From Paraglomus brasilianum (lineage: Eukaryota): a stretch of DNA of 48,158 bases. The notes below the pieces were generated by a model. It did not search any database. It saw only the letters and a list, made by a program, of their open reading frames with translations, and had not been told where the DNA came from. Made by a program: the position numbers and the translations under genes. Of this stretch, positions 25,097 through 39,394 are shown one piece after another. The stretch spans positions 1 to 48,158 of the forward strand of contig CAJVPI010000153.1 of assembly GCA_910592345.1 (NCBI GenBank). The letters are read 5' to 3'. Numbering within the stretch: the first letter of the stretch is position 1; each line of letters opens with the position of its first letter.

Positions 25097-26768
25097 CTAC
25101 GGTAACAGCAAAGATCTGACATCTGTCAGCTTGGCCACCTTCGCATCTGCGCTTGGCGATGTCTCCGAATTCGATATGCCGTCCTCATCCGGTGAGTTAG
25201 GCGATTGGAATTGCCTGGCAGACCGATCGAAATCATCCCTTTCTGTCACAGATCCATTGCTGACATAGTGATCGCCAGATGACGGAGATGGAGTCGGGAT
25301 CTCGTAGCTGTGGTCTGCTTCTGAACGTAATTGTTCGATCTATTTGATAAGATAATCAGTGATTTGTTAATGAGAATGGGTAAGCGGTTAGGAACAGGGG
25401 TTGATGTAAAAAGGGAGAGGGGGAGGGTGAGGGGTAGTCGATGTATTGAAGAAGGAGGAGGAGGAGGAGGACGAGAAGAAGAAAAAGGTAGTCGTGCAAG
25501 ATGAAAAGGTATTGATGTGGAAGGAATGGGTTGGTGAATAAGGAACGAGATGGTAAATGGTAAGTAATAACAAATAGGTATCACGTGAATTAATATGGCG
25601 GTACATAATTAACGAGAAAGAGAGATTAATTAGATATACTGGTAATGTTTTACCATTCATTGATTACCTATCTCTCGCAACCGATCAACGATCGTTCAAA
25701 TCACAGGATTTTTCTCGTCCTCATTTACTCCTCCTCCAAGTATATGTACATCTCTCTCTTTCTCGCTCACGCACGTACACATACATACTCATTCACTCAC
25801 TCACACATTATCTCTCTCCCTCTCTCTTGTTTCAATCTTCTCTTCAAAGGTTTCAAACATGTCCTAATTACCTGCGACTCCAACTCTTTGATTTTCTTCA
25901 ATTTGGACTGATTTTCCTTGTTTGCCTCTTCCAATTTCTTTTCCAGCTCGTTGATCTTCTTGACACTATCCAGACCTTCCAATTTTTGGATACGCTTTTC
26001 CAAAAACTGACACTTTTCCTGCATTTCCTTTTCTCTTTGCTTCCGGCGATCGCGGAACCTCGCCGAAGCGCCAGCATTACGACGACGTTTTTCTGCCAAT
26101 AGTTCGGTTGCAGGATCGACGGGCGGGGGATGACGCTGGGAATAGTATGGATGATGATGATGGAGCGGTTGGTGATGATGCTGAAGAGAAGGTTGAGATT
26201 GAGGTTGAGCTTGTGGTGGCTGTAATGGTTGCGGTTGATGCTGCTGATGCTGTCGAGCGGCGGCAGCAGTCGTGTAGAACGGATGTTGATTCAGGTGAGC
26301 GTGAGTCGTGGGAGTCGTGGGCGAAGGATGAGGAGGAACGGATACCGGAGGTACAACCGAGGGGGGGACTGGGTTGATTAAGTGTTGTTGTGGTTGTGGT
26401 TGTGGTTGTGTTTGAGTTATATGATTCACAGTAACATGACCTTGCGAATAACTCGTATGATTGTATTGCGATGTGTCAGTATATGCGTAATGATTAGCTC
26501 CCACCTGTATGTTCCCTCGATCATATCCTTCCACCTGACGCTTAGCCGTCGGAGGCGATTGGATGTATGATGATAATTGAGACATGTATGGAGAGGTGAT
26601 TTTGTGTTCGTTGGGAAATTCGGACGGAGGAGACACTACCGAGGGTATTGGTGGGGCAAGGCATGAAACTGGAGGTAGGATAGGAGGAGAAGGTAATTGT
26701 CGTTGTGGTTGAGTTGGTTGGAATGTTGTAATTGGAGGCAATAGCTGCGAGGTTGATGAACGAGCCAT
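25097..26768 (-). CDS. bZIP transcription factor with a P/Q/H-rich N-terminus (basic region resembles the MetR/CYS-3/Zip1 type). Exons 26768-25872, 25339-25097
   Basis: AEKRRRNAGASARFRDRRKQREKEM plus leucine heptads; donor CAG|GTAATT at 25872, acceptor AAATAG|ATC at 25339; last exon is 81 codons ending LTDVRSLLLP*. Confidence 0.9.
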
Positions 26769-29650
26769 GTTGCCTGACAGGGAATGAAGAGGAAAGGGGA
26801 AAAGGGAAACTCGTAACTTTTTCTGTGTGGTGTGTGGGTTTAGTACAACAGCGTCGTTATTGAGTAAGTATAGCGTTGAAAGACGAGTAGTTAGTAGGGT
26901 GTCTTAGTTAGCTGTGCTTATTCGGATCTTAGTTATAGCCGATAAGACGTTTAGAATGGATTGCAATAAGAGGAGCAGCTTAGGGTGATTACAATCTCTT
27001 GATATCGGTATGCATTAACGGACATGAAAAATATCGACTTTTTTTTGTGATGTCGATGCAGGAAAAAGTCTTATCACCCTTTTTATTCGATTATTTTTTG
27101 GTTGGCGTGGGGGAGTGACTATGGTGGTAATGAGATATTTAGATAAACTAGTATCGAGCATTTCTCCGAGCCAGTTAAGGGTTTGTCGCGTGAATAGTTT
27201 ATAACTGAATATGTGTGTTTGGGGACAGATCGCTGAAATGGGAAAGCTTCGTAGGACCAATGATGCCATTATTGTAGTGATGGGAGCAAAAATATTAAGA
27301 AACAAGTATGGTGCATATATGATGTAATGCAATATTAATAATGTAATATAAATAATGTATGTACTATTAACTATCTATTGCTACACATGTGACATGAATT
27401 GATTGGTCAGCTGTCAATAAAATGTGATGGTATAAATAATGTAATATAGGCAAACAATTGTGATGTGATATATTTTTTAAATCGATACTTTTGTTGAGTT
27501 TATTGTTAACGAATGCCAATGTCGTGTAATACAATAATATGTTATCTACAACTGATAAAACAAAACTTGACACTTCTGTTGTAATGAGTAAAAAAAAAAA
27601 CTTTTTAGATCGTAACATTACATCATACTATTTTATACTATCAATTTTTTAAATATACGTTTACATTACAATTGATATCACGATAATTATAAATAAAATA
27701 AAGAATAAAGCGTGTATTGATTATTGTTATGGCAACAAATAATACTCTTGTTTCGCTCGTATAGTAAACAACATTACCAAATGTTTTGGTCTCCATCGCG
27801 AACGTCCGATAATTAATGTTCTTCTCAGACGAATTGATCGTTTAAACACCCTAGTTATTATACGGCGTATACAAAAAAAAGTGACATTTCAAATGCAGTA
27901 TCACGTTCCGATATAATCACTTTTATTAGCAATTACCACACGAAGCCGCCTAATTGATAACAAGCAAAAAGAGCCGATATAAGATCAGCAATATACCTTT
28001 AAAATCAGCAGTCTGTTTCCGAGGGGCCACTCTTTCCCCCGACTCTCTTCTTTATCCTCGGCCGCATTCAACCGCTCGGCCGTTGATCGTCTTCACTGTC
28101 GAGTTTTTTCGGTGATCAACTTTTCATAATTCGGATCTCGGTTGTCAATGAGGAGAAAGAGGGAAAAGGATTGGCAGAGATTACTGTATGCTGACGGAAA
28201 AAAGGCGCCCGATTTACGTAATATACCCTTAAAGCGGTTAATCATAATCGGCATTGCGTGATGTGCGAGTATCGTCATCTTGGTTTGGAGATAATGAATC
28301 TCGATGTTAGTGCAATCGGTTGAAACTACCTACATCAAACTATCATTTGTAAATGAGAAGAAAATGTGAGCGAGGAGGATGAAGGGCTAAACCCTCGGTA
28401 ATGCATCGCTCGTCATTTATTATTATTATTATCAAACTCGGGACTACTTGCCAGGAAAATGGTTCTTGTGATTCTTCTTGCTCATCTTTCCGATGCTGAT
28501 GATTATGCCCCGGCTTTAATAAAAATAGCCCAAAGATCGGAAATTCTCTAGATGGAAGAGGAGAAGAATGTTTCCTAATGTGTGATGCCTATAAATCATG
28601 GCTAAAGCGTGTTGCATCAAAGAGGTAAGACTGGTCGTATTGACAAAATTGCTTAATGTGTACCCTCTTATCTAGGTATTAATACAAGACTGTATCTGAA
28701 CATTGCAAGAGTAAAATATGATGGTTATTACCCAGCGATTACAAACTTCTGGAAACGATACCTTCAAGATGCGATTTCGTACAAGTAAACATTACCATCT
28801 TTGTAAATGGGGAAATTTTACGGATATGAATAGTCACTCAGTTGGAGTATTTGCACTCGGATTACGTCATACACTGTTCTGTTGTTGAGATCAGAGATTC
28901 GGATCCTCTCTCTTTCTCTCTCTCTTTCTCTTCTTTGCTATATATATGATCGAAGTTTCCTTTTTTCTCTTATTTGTTAAAAATCGACTCTAATTCTCGA
29001 TAAGGAAAAGCTTATCGGTTGATCAGGCAAACAAGGGGTGAGCCACTTTAACAACAGAAGAAAGAAAGAAATTTGAATTGGTGTATCGTCGATTATCGAT
29101 CAGTGCAACGAGGAAAAATTGTATTTGTGTGATTATACAATCTTTTTTAGAGGATATTTGTCATAATTTTCAATTATCACCCGTACACATAATTAGTTCA
29201 GATATTGATACACAACTTTATTATTGTAGTATGCATAAATAAAAAAAAAAGAGTGTAATACGAACTAAGCTTTATTTACGGAGATCCGTTTAATTTGACC
29301 AAATTCATCATTTAAAGCATTGGTCTAAATAAATCTGACTAAAATCCCAAGACTTTTAAAAATATTGGCAAGCCAAGAGACAATTGTGCATTATATGAAA
29401 GATGTTAAGTCTGAAACTGTGTTTGTACATATGACAATATGTGTTGATACCAAGATTAAACAAACCATTCTAAATAATGCATTAGATTGTTGATTATATT
29501 GGTCAGTGTCCCAACGTTGCGAAACACGGGTAACCGAAATAAATGTTGCAGAAAACGGTAGGCAATTTGATGTATGTGTCATTGAGATCGTCTTTTGGAC
29601 ATAAAACAATAGTGTATGATGGAACAAACAACATATTTGTTATTGCTGTC

Positions 29651-29692
29651 GTTGTTGTTGTTGTTGTTGTTGCTGTTGTTGCTGTTGTTGTT
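29651..29692. repeat. (GTT/GCT)n microsatellite
   Basis: Read directly from the sequence. Confidence 0.9.
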
Positions 29693-31019
29693 TACTGTAC
29701 TGTTTATTATATATATCGCTACGTATATAATAATATACAGTGCATCACATATCTATAAATATTTATGTCACTAAAACTTAAATACTTTCTGTACTGCCAA
29801 GTGTCTAGACCTGGGACTATTTGGATACGTAATCATGACTGCTGTGATACCAATCATTATGTGCGTAATAAATAAAATATATTAACTAATAAATAAATGT
29901 TTACATTTGATTATCGGCATATTACTCTGTGTCACAAATATTTGTGACCTCACTCGCAAGATGTATATGCTTTGGAAATCCCATATCTCTACATATCAAT
30001 TATCGGCGCAAAAGAAAAAAGGGGGAGGGCGCTTATATGTCGATGGGCAAAAAGATTTTAGGCTAAAATTTATGATTTTTATTGGAGGAGAGGGGCGAGA
30101 GAGACAAGAAAAGTAAGCAGAAAGAAGGGAAACACATTTGTGGCTTCTTGAATAGAAAATTGTCTTGGCAATATTAATCATTCCATGGCTCGTTCGTAGT
30201 TCTCAGTATTCTCTCACTTTCAACTAAAAAGCAGTTTTGTTCTCCTCTGTCATTTGTGTGCGATCGACGTTAAATAAAAACACAGCTGCATATTTAATTT
30301 GTGTGCGACGGTTAGGTAATGTACGTTATTATTATCGTATATCTAATATATACGAATACTGTAAATTGCTTTTTTTTTTTATTGATAGGTCTAGACAAAT
30401 GGGAGGCTGTTGGTGAAGTAGGCACGTTTCCATGGTCCCGAGTCAGAACAGAAGAGCTGATCTCCTTATCTCAAAACGAGTCTTTTTTTTTTCCACCAAC
30501 CAAAACAATAACAATAACAAAGCAGCCCAGATAAAACAGGTGGATTGGAAACCGATATTCTTCCTATTACAGTGTACAGTCATTATTACAATCTAAACAA
30601 TCAAGAACAAAAAAGGATGAGAGGAAGGGGGGATACAATCGCTGCAGTCCACTGCAGTTGTCTGATTATCTACATTTGTTTACTTTCTCAAGCTCTGCCC
30701 AGAGTCAATAAGAAAAGAGGCTTCGATATGGGCGATGACGATCATCCAGAAACAATATCTGATTGGATAACAGGGTTTAGAATATAAATAATACTGTTTA
30801 TCAAATATGCACATCAGAAATCAATTGTTTATTTTCTGCGTGCTGTTTCGTCATATTGATTAAAGATCATCTCCTTTTCACTAAAATGGAAATGGGTGAA
30901 ACGTGAAATAATGGGTGACAATTGTTACACGATGAAATTTACTATATTAATATAAAAACGAGACCAAAGGAACTTGCGTATTCGAGTGTTTTATTGGTCC
31001 AGCTTACAATATACAATAT

Positions 31020-31055
31020 AACAACAATAACAACAATAACAATAATAACAACAAT
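31020..31055. repeat. (AAC/AAT)n microsatellite
   Basis: Read directly from the sequence. Confidence 0.85.
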
Positions 31056-33650
31056 ATTAAGTATGAGATAATGCCGGAACCTAACTAGCGGACTAAGCAT
31101 GTGAATAAAGTCAAGAAATGCATTATATGCATGTCTGCGTATAAATGCATATTTTTAAAAAGCCCTCTTTTTTTTTTCTCTTGTCTTTTTTAAACTAACG
31201 AATGTCAAATGCATGGACCCGATTAGCGTACGTGCAAAACTTTTAGCAGGAAAAAAACTAGAGTGGTCTAGAACCGAAAGGTAATAATCACTTACTACGA
31301 TCCCGACAACGTCTTACACGATTGGTATATATTGTTGCTATTTCGAGTCTTAAACGTTTACCCGTCAACGATGCTTCATGCTTCTAATTATCATCATTTT
31401 CAATTGATTTGATACGAATGTTCCCTCATCGTATTAACATCACACGTTTCCAGATAAGTCAACAAGATGACTCTTGTTGTGTACGAACTGTACGGATTGG
31501 CAATGTGCATCAATAAAAGGCGAATAGACCCAATGAAGGCCCAAATGAGTTGGCAAGTTTTGATTACAAGGTAACCTGTATGTTATACATATAACCGTTC
31601 CATACAAATGATTTATCATTATTCGCTCTTTCTCTCTAATATCAAACATTACACACACGCTTGACTATAAACCTGTAAATGATGTTTATCGACGTCATAA
31701 TGTGATTAAATATAGCATTGAAGAAGAGAAACACGAAAGAGTTTACCGTCAACATGCAAGCATTTATTTGATTATAGGTTTAGGATATTTGTGACACTGT
31801 GATTCCCAACTGAGTAACTCGCTCGTTTTATGGATCCATCTATGTGTAACTTCAAGTTCGGCGGGTATTTTCGCCAATTGAATTGTCAAGTGTCTTGGAT
31901 TTCAAAAGGTGAATCGGGATTGCAAGGAAGTCCGATATGTAGATAACCGGGAAGACAATTGATAACACGTAAGAAAATCTCTTAAATATCCCAAAAATGC
32001 TAATGCTCTCTAACTTTCTCAACTTGTAGACAAGATCGATAGTACATGCTCTTGTTTTATTTTTCCACACCCGATCAAAATTACATTACCACTTGTACGG
32101 ATCCTGTGAGCCAAGGTTTATCATGTATAGAAAAGATGTCTAATGTAAGTAAATTGAATATGGGTCTTGTCGGGATTACGTCAATAGTCTTGCGACTACA
32201 TGAAGTATAGATCGCTGACAGCCTTACCCCATGCAATTACGTATCCCACGCTCTATCTGCCCACATTACCTTAACCTATCCAGTTGCGCATAAACAATGC
32301 TTTTACGTCACTATTCACTCCGCCACAATGACAACATTTCCACCTGTACTAGGCGTAAACTTGCATGATAGAAGGTTAGCGCATACACATAGCTATAGTT
32401 CATACACATCAATATTCGACGATACAATTCTAAATAAATCTTTTTCTATGCCATTTGTTGAAAATAGAACCCATCTTACGAGCATCGATTAATGCCCTGA
32501 CTATAACGACTGACTTTTTCTACAATAACGAATAAAGCGTAATCTAACTCATCAAGAAGAAATACCCCTTATTTGATGTCACGGGATTTAATTTTTTTTT
32601 CCCTGAAAATCAATGAGCAGCAACAGACAGTGGTCACATGTAAGAATATAATACTGCTTTATGACATCACAATTTCCGAACGTGGATTAGGGTTTAAGTA
32701 ATAACGACACACACAATCCACAAACAAAGTTTGCTTGCCAACTGGGGGCGTTTGAATCGCAGGTTACCCGGTCTTTTCAAAATCGGGGTCTCAAAAAAAA
32801 GGGGAACGTCATTAATGAAAAAAGAAAAGGAAAAAAAAACAAATCACATCAACAACCAGTAGTTGCCAGTACATAATACACAATGGGAAAACGTTCGTTT
32901 TTATCCTTGACTGTCTATTAATAACCTAACGCATCCAATCGCCCTCTGCAAGTGATCGAATCGCTACGTAATTTCCTCTATTTCTCTCTCCATTACGCAC
33001 ATGAACATGAGATTTAGTGATTGATTGAACGAAAGATTGCATTGTATTGGATAACTTTATGAATGATAAAGTTGGGATTACAGTATCATTATGTCAGAAA
33101 TGATGTCAATTCCCCAAAATCAGGTATCTATACTATCACAAGTTCTCTGATTGATGTACTGTACTTGTTTCATAGCTCTTTATCTTCTTACCATTAAGGG
33201 ACGAAACCGTTTCATTTACCCCTTGGAGGAGAAACTCTGTAGAGCATATGCTGCTTGCTGCATGTCAGGTATACAAGGGGTGACGGTGGGGAAGCGGAAA
33301 AACTCGAGAGTTAAATTTTTCTAAATTCTTTTCCTCCACCGGATGGAATTCATGTATATTCGAATTGCCAAATTAGGATAACTCGGAGTCGTTAGGTCAT
33401 TGCGTCGTTCGCTCGTCACTTGTACTAACTTTTTCAATGCTTTCTAGACAAAATGAGCAGTTTGCGTTAACTGCCTATGTGTTTGCATAAAAAAAAAGGC
33501 CAATGGTTAAGAATAGAATAAGAATTATTATTTTTGTTATTTAAATTGCAGATATTAATATTAATATACTAAATTTATCTTCCAAAAGCCTTTTTTGACA
33601 GGATCGTGTCTGCCTGTTTTGGATGTGCTCAGCAAATAAACAAAAAGCCT

Positions 33651-33722
33651 TATTCCTGTTATTGTTATATTGACATAGTCATGCAGTATTCCTATTATTG
33701 TTATATTGACATAGTCATGCAG
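33651..33722. repeat. 36-bp tandem duplication
   Basis: TATTCCT(G/A)TTATTGTTATATTGACATAGTCATGCAG x2. Confidence 0.92.
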
Positions 33723-36700
33723 AAGCCACTTTTTGTGGTCTAACCATTTTATAATGAACTTTGAATGTTTAATTCAAACAAACGAACACATATATTCGCA
33801 CATTGTGCAGTCGTCCTAACCTTCGATGGATATTTGTCACTAAACTATCTATCATGTAGGGAATTTTAATAACATTGTATATTGCAAATTTTAATGTAAC
33901 CGTGTCCAATTCTGAAACACAAACCATCACAAAACGTCATTGCGAGGCTGAAAAAGTTGATCATAAGACTAATTTAAGAATATACAGCTTATCATTATTT
34001 GGTTAGTAAGCAACTACCAAACTTTGTTGTATTTGCTATCTTCTAAAATTATAAGAGTCTTTGAATTTTGAACTCAAATCAAAAAATAAATAAGTCTTTC
34101 CAAAAAAGTTAATCCAGTGGATGAACCATACACGACAACGCAAATTGCGCGCATGAACTGTCAAAAGGCCCAAGTTTACATACAACATCTAAACATCACC
34201 ATCGCATTACCAGCATAGTTACATTTACGGTCAGTAAGATTGTCTAATAACGCTTGTAAAACCATTGATGTAATGTCTGCGCCACAAATAGACATTATAG
34301 CATTAACATTAGAATTTATAAATTACTTTTTTTGTAGAGACATCACACGCGAGAATATCGATGATCTGTTCAACTTGTGTCAACAATTGATTGCTTCGAG
34401 CGTGGTAAGAAAAAAAAGGTAACTCTACATGCACGTGTATATACAGTAGTACATATGTTGGACATACTGTACAGTATATACACAAATCATACACAGGACT
34501 TGTGAAGATGTATAGCTACAACAAATAGTCACTATCGGTTATTAATATTAAAGCTAATGTTGATCTTTATGTAACATGTGTTATAGAGCTTTTTCTGTTG
34601 ATTAATGGAAATCAAAGTTACGGTTTCAAAATTCTAAATTAATTAAATCTTTTGAGCTTGACTATACATAGAAATTTGGCTTATGGAATATCCAAACAAA
34701 TATATATGTAGGATCAACGAGGTATCATTATTCCATAAATGACAACTATAACCACGAGTTTTTGAAATGTATTTGTAAAAGTATACATTTGATCTATACA
34801 TGAATTTCCACTTTCCAAAATATTCGACAATAATACTGTGTTAAACGTCATCTGAGGACATTTGGGTCGACGTTCAAGAACATGACTTTTCCCATGAAGC
34901 AAAAAGCGAGAAGTAAACACGCACGTTATATAACTATGTTCTCTTTTCTTTCTACTTATAACAGTGAAATTTATTTGTAGGCACCATTCTGGAGCTCTTC
35001 TAACAGTTGACGCATAAAGAGTATGAAGAAAACCAAGTAAGCAAATGACGCCCGTTTATTGGGAAGATTGTTGAGCGTGGCAATGGTTAGAATGCATGCA
35101 AGGATGAATGGAGAAGTGGCAAGATATAACGTACGGCTTATAGGATGGTCGTGTTGGGAGCTTAGAGTATTTCATAGCAATGCTATTACATCACTATATG
35201 CTATGTATGTAATAGAAACTGATGCTTTCTTCTTTCGCGACTTGTCTTGTTAGGAGACGTGGCTCTCTGTATCTATCTCTTCGGCACCCAGTATTATAGG
35301 CATTAGAATCTAATGACACGTACAGACATGAAAAAGATTACAAAGGTTAAAGAGAACATTTATCATGACAAAACTCCCCTGTATGCTTATTAAGGCGCAT
35401 GCTTTGATACATAAGTAGTCTGTGTTAGAGATCTAATGTAGTGTTATCAGTCTTCCGAGAGACATAAATTTCTCGGTTGCCAGCCTGGCACTTTTATCAA
35501 GACTACATGCTAATCAATAGCCGAGTTGACCGTTTTAGGCAAGGACATCTAACCGTAAAGTCTATGTGCCAAAAGGTTTTGCTTGCTCATTGCTCATGTG
35601 TACTCAATAATAGTCGCGCATCGTCCAATGTTATGAGGTTTTTTTGCAAACAGCCTGGTTCTGGAAGAAAAGGTCAAACCAAATTTGAGAATATTTTTTT
35701 GTATAATAACCGGTTTGAGATTTACGGTATCATTCGCAATCCAAGCGAAATACAGTAGTACAATATTGGTTAAACAGTCAGTAGCATAATGATGTCATTG
35801 TGCAAATTCCAAGTTATTGGATAATCACTGCGACATTGTACGCTTGTTACATAAAGAATACAACACCGATAGAATTAATTGTGACGTTGCAGTAGTTGTA
35901 AAGAAAACAAAGTATTCTCCACACGAATACACGTATTATTTCATAATCAATATAGCAGAACCATAGTTATATTTTTCAGATAAAAGAAGCTCCGAACAAT
36001 CAAAGCTTGCGATAACATTGTACCAATCATAGCTGATGAGAACTGTCGTCTTTGTAATGAAATAATTAAGTAACCAATTACCTTTCCCAGTATCAACATT
36101 ACGCAATAAAAGCAGAAAACGCAGAAGACTTCTCCCATCGCGCCAACAGAGTTGCTATAATATACACAAATCTTGCATATTTATACAAAAGTGCTGTATA
36201 GACGTTTTACAGCTTATATTCTTGGTCTATTCTGTAAAAACAACTTTGGCTTAGTAAATAGCATTGACATCAATATGAATGTAAGATGTTGTCTGATCTC
36301 ACAATACCAAATTTAGTTGTAATGTGATATATTATAATGAGCAGACAGTTCAGATTATTCAAAAGAATCGTTTAAGGTGGTTTACTTGCATTAATTGAAA
36401 GTCGTAGGTTTGACAGCAATCTCTACACGTCAAATATGATTTTACAGGAAATATTTATTGTCACAATTTTATATAAACAACTTAATACAAGAGCACGGCT
36501 CTTACTTCTATGCATCGCGTATCCATTACATCAATAAAAACTCATTGCTTTAACTAGAGTCTCACGTAAACCCAAAGCCAAGTTTAAGTAGATACCCTCA
36601 TCAGAAGCCTCAGTAGCACAAAATTACTTGCACAATGGATCCAGATGTAATAAAAGTTACTATAGCTAATACTTGTTTCACTAACATCACGGAATATCAC

Positions 36701-36879
36701 ATGATCAAGGCCAATGCTAATTAGTATTAGAGGGGGGTGTTAAAATTTTTAACGCGACAATCTGCTTGCTATTTTATTGATTTCTACTTGCATTCGGTAC
36801 ATGTATATAAGAAAACTTGCGTATACAAGTCGAAAAAGTTAACAAGACTATATCCGTAAATAACTTTCTCGTCCTCGTG

Positions 36880-39394
36880 TCAAATATCATCCGTTTCGTC
36901 TTTATATTTAAACTGCAATGACATCTCCCAACTGTTTCTCGGTTTAGGCAAATCTTCAATAGGTAAGAGCATACTAGAGTATTTATTCTCCTTTTCGAGC
37001 CGTGATAGGGGTCTTACCTCATTATGATAAATGGTATTCCAAGAACTATCCTTGTACGTCTGCGTAATAAGCTTGTTAATGTATACCCAAAGTTCCCATG
37101 CGCTTGGACGTTTGTCAGGATCGGCATCACAACACCACTCGGCAATTTTTTTATAACCCGTCGGCGCTGGATCAGGCATCATTGGCCGCAGTCCACCCAT
37201 AATATCACATACTAAACTTCGATCAAATTCCCTATCTCTAAAAGGCGGTTCACCAGTGGCCATCAAATGTGCAATAATGCCAAAAGAATAGATGTCTGAT
37301 TCCTTTGTAAATTTGCAAGTATTGAAGACTTCCGGTGCAATAAAGGGTAAAACGCCTCGAACGGTTGAGTTTGACGCGCGAGAATTCACTGATCGTGAGA
37401 GACCAAGATCGCATATATATAATTTACTTGGTTGAAAATCTTTTTCTGTTTCAGCATGCACAATTATGTTTCCGCTATGAAGATCACAATGCACTAATTC
37501 CGCAAGATGAATTCCATTCAGATGAGATAGAATATCCTTAAAGCACTGTAATTTCATTTTCCACGTCAATTTGTTAATATTTTGGTCCAAATAAGACAAA
37601 AGATTACCACGATTAGCATATTGCATAACGATCATATACTCTTTTGTTTCTGGGTCTTGTGTGAATCCATACATTTTAAGAAAACTCGCATAACGCGAGC
37701 AGTTGACGTGATTTCTGAACTATAAATAAAAATAAAGAGTCAGATTAAAAATATCTGCTAATTAACAATATCAAAAATTGCTTACCTCGGAAATAAATAT
37801 CCGGTCACAGCCATTAGTATTAGTATTAGAGCGTTTGAGAACAACAATTTCGGGAATCCAGTTGCTTTTACACTTGGCAGTATAGACCGTTCCATAACCA
37901 CCAACTCCAATCTGTTTAATTTCATCAAAGTTGGTATGCTGAATGTAGTTTATATATTCGTTAGTTTGTATAAATTTATCCAATAGTGCAGGGACATTGT
38001 AGTAGAGCACTAAATAATATTCTTTTGTGGACGGCTCTTGAGTTATGCCAATTATCCAATTATTATCCGGTGTTAATATCTCTGGATATTCTTCAGTTAG
38101 CTGTTATAACAAAACAATATAGTCGCATCAACTTAAATACGAACTTAACAGTAATACTATTTGCATTGTTTTACGTGTAAATTAACCCACCTGATAAAAA
38201 TCAAATTTCCGAGTATCATGTTTGTCAGCTATCTTTTCGAGTGTCACTCTTTTTGTTACCAGTTCTGTCCTATCTGCTATATGTGTGCATCCATGGCGTA
38301 ATAATGTCATCTGTCGTACGTTCGTCAATCGAGAATACTCTATCCATTGTATATAGTTATCATCTATACTATTGGTGTTACCCCACGATTCCATAATAAA
38401 TGAATCTAAAGACTTGTTGCCCGTAGTCCAATCGGGAAGCGCTGGTGCTTTACATTCAAAGCAGAACGTATTTATCTTTGGTCCTAACGGCAATGTGCAA
38501 GCCAGACATAATCCCTTCTCATCTCGATCTCTTATTAGATAATACTTCTGTTCACTTGCATTGTATGTAATTCCAACAGTAACCCAAACATTAGTGGTAA
38601 GAATATCTGGATTCTCATCACATAACTATGAAATTATATATCAAGTCAATGATTATCTAACAACCAATAAGCATAATATGTTCACAACTGAATAATACCT
38701 TGTCATGATATGACTTATCTGTCTCATCTGCTAACTCAAGCGGAATTAATTTTACCGCACTATTAGTAGGTAGACCGTCTAAAGATGTTTGATTAATACA
38801 ATCATATGGAATCCATTCTAAATAGGCCTCATTTGCCGAACTGGTTTGTATCTGCGATTTCTTAATATGCTCATAAAGTCTCCTATCGATACTAGGCAAT
38901 TTATCGGATAATTCTTTATGCCCACACTTGCACCATACAGGACTACACCTGAGCGTTCCACATATAGAGCAGAATCCGTATCGAGAATAACAGTGATAAA
39001 AACGATTATGAGCAACCAGATAATAATTATCTTTATACTTGGTAAATCCCTTTATCATGCTATTGCGATAGAAAAGCCATGTGGAATATCTTCTGAACTG
39101 ACTATCGTAGTTACAGTACTTGTGCGTTGGAAGTGTGTATATTCTAGCAAACTCGCTAACAAATGCTGGGGTGCATATTTCATTACTTCCAAGTAACACC
39201 ATCATTACCATCGTTTCATCAACTCTACCAAGCAACGTATCCTTGGGAACATACTGGATAACATCCACTGGACTTGACTTTATGTCGGAGATTTCCAAGC
39301 AGGGAACCCATTCAAGTTTATTAGATTCACTTTCCAAGGAGGATCGAATCACGTCGTCAATAGCTGGATTATGAATATCTGTAACCAACGACAT
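36880..39394 (-). CDS. Tyrosine-kinase-like protein kinase of the AMF-expanded type with N-terminal degenerate kinase/Cys-cluster repeats. Exons 39394 (or 39427)-38699, 38625-38191, 38100-37786, 37719-36880
   Basis: GVGGYG, VVLK, HCDLHSGN, CDLGLS, GVLPFIAPE, SDIYSFG, CCDADPDKRP; three phase-0 GT-AG introns join the separate ORFs. Confidence 0.9.

Noticed and set aside
25827..26570. Plus-strand ORFs opposite the bZIP gene (likewise those opposite NUR1, the kinase and the secreted protein)
   Set aside because: Antisense or alternate-frame shadows of real coding sequence with no protein-like features.
27015..36138. Many 60-105 aa ORFs in the gene-free region
   Set aside because: Mostly non-ATG starts, AT-rich low-complexity translations, no motifs and no coherent exon chain.
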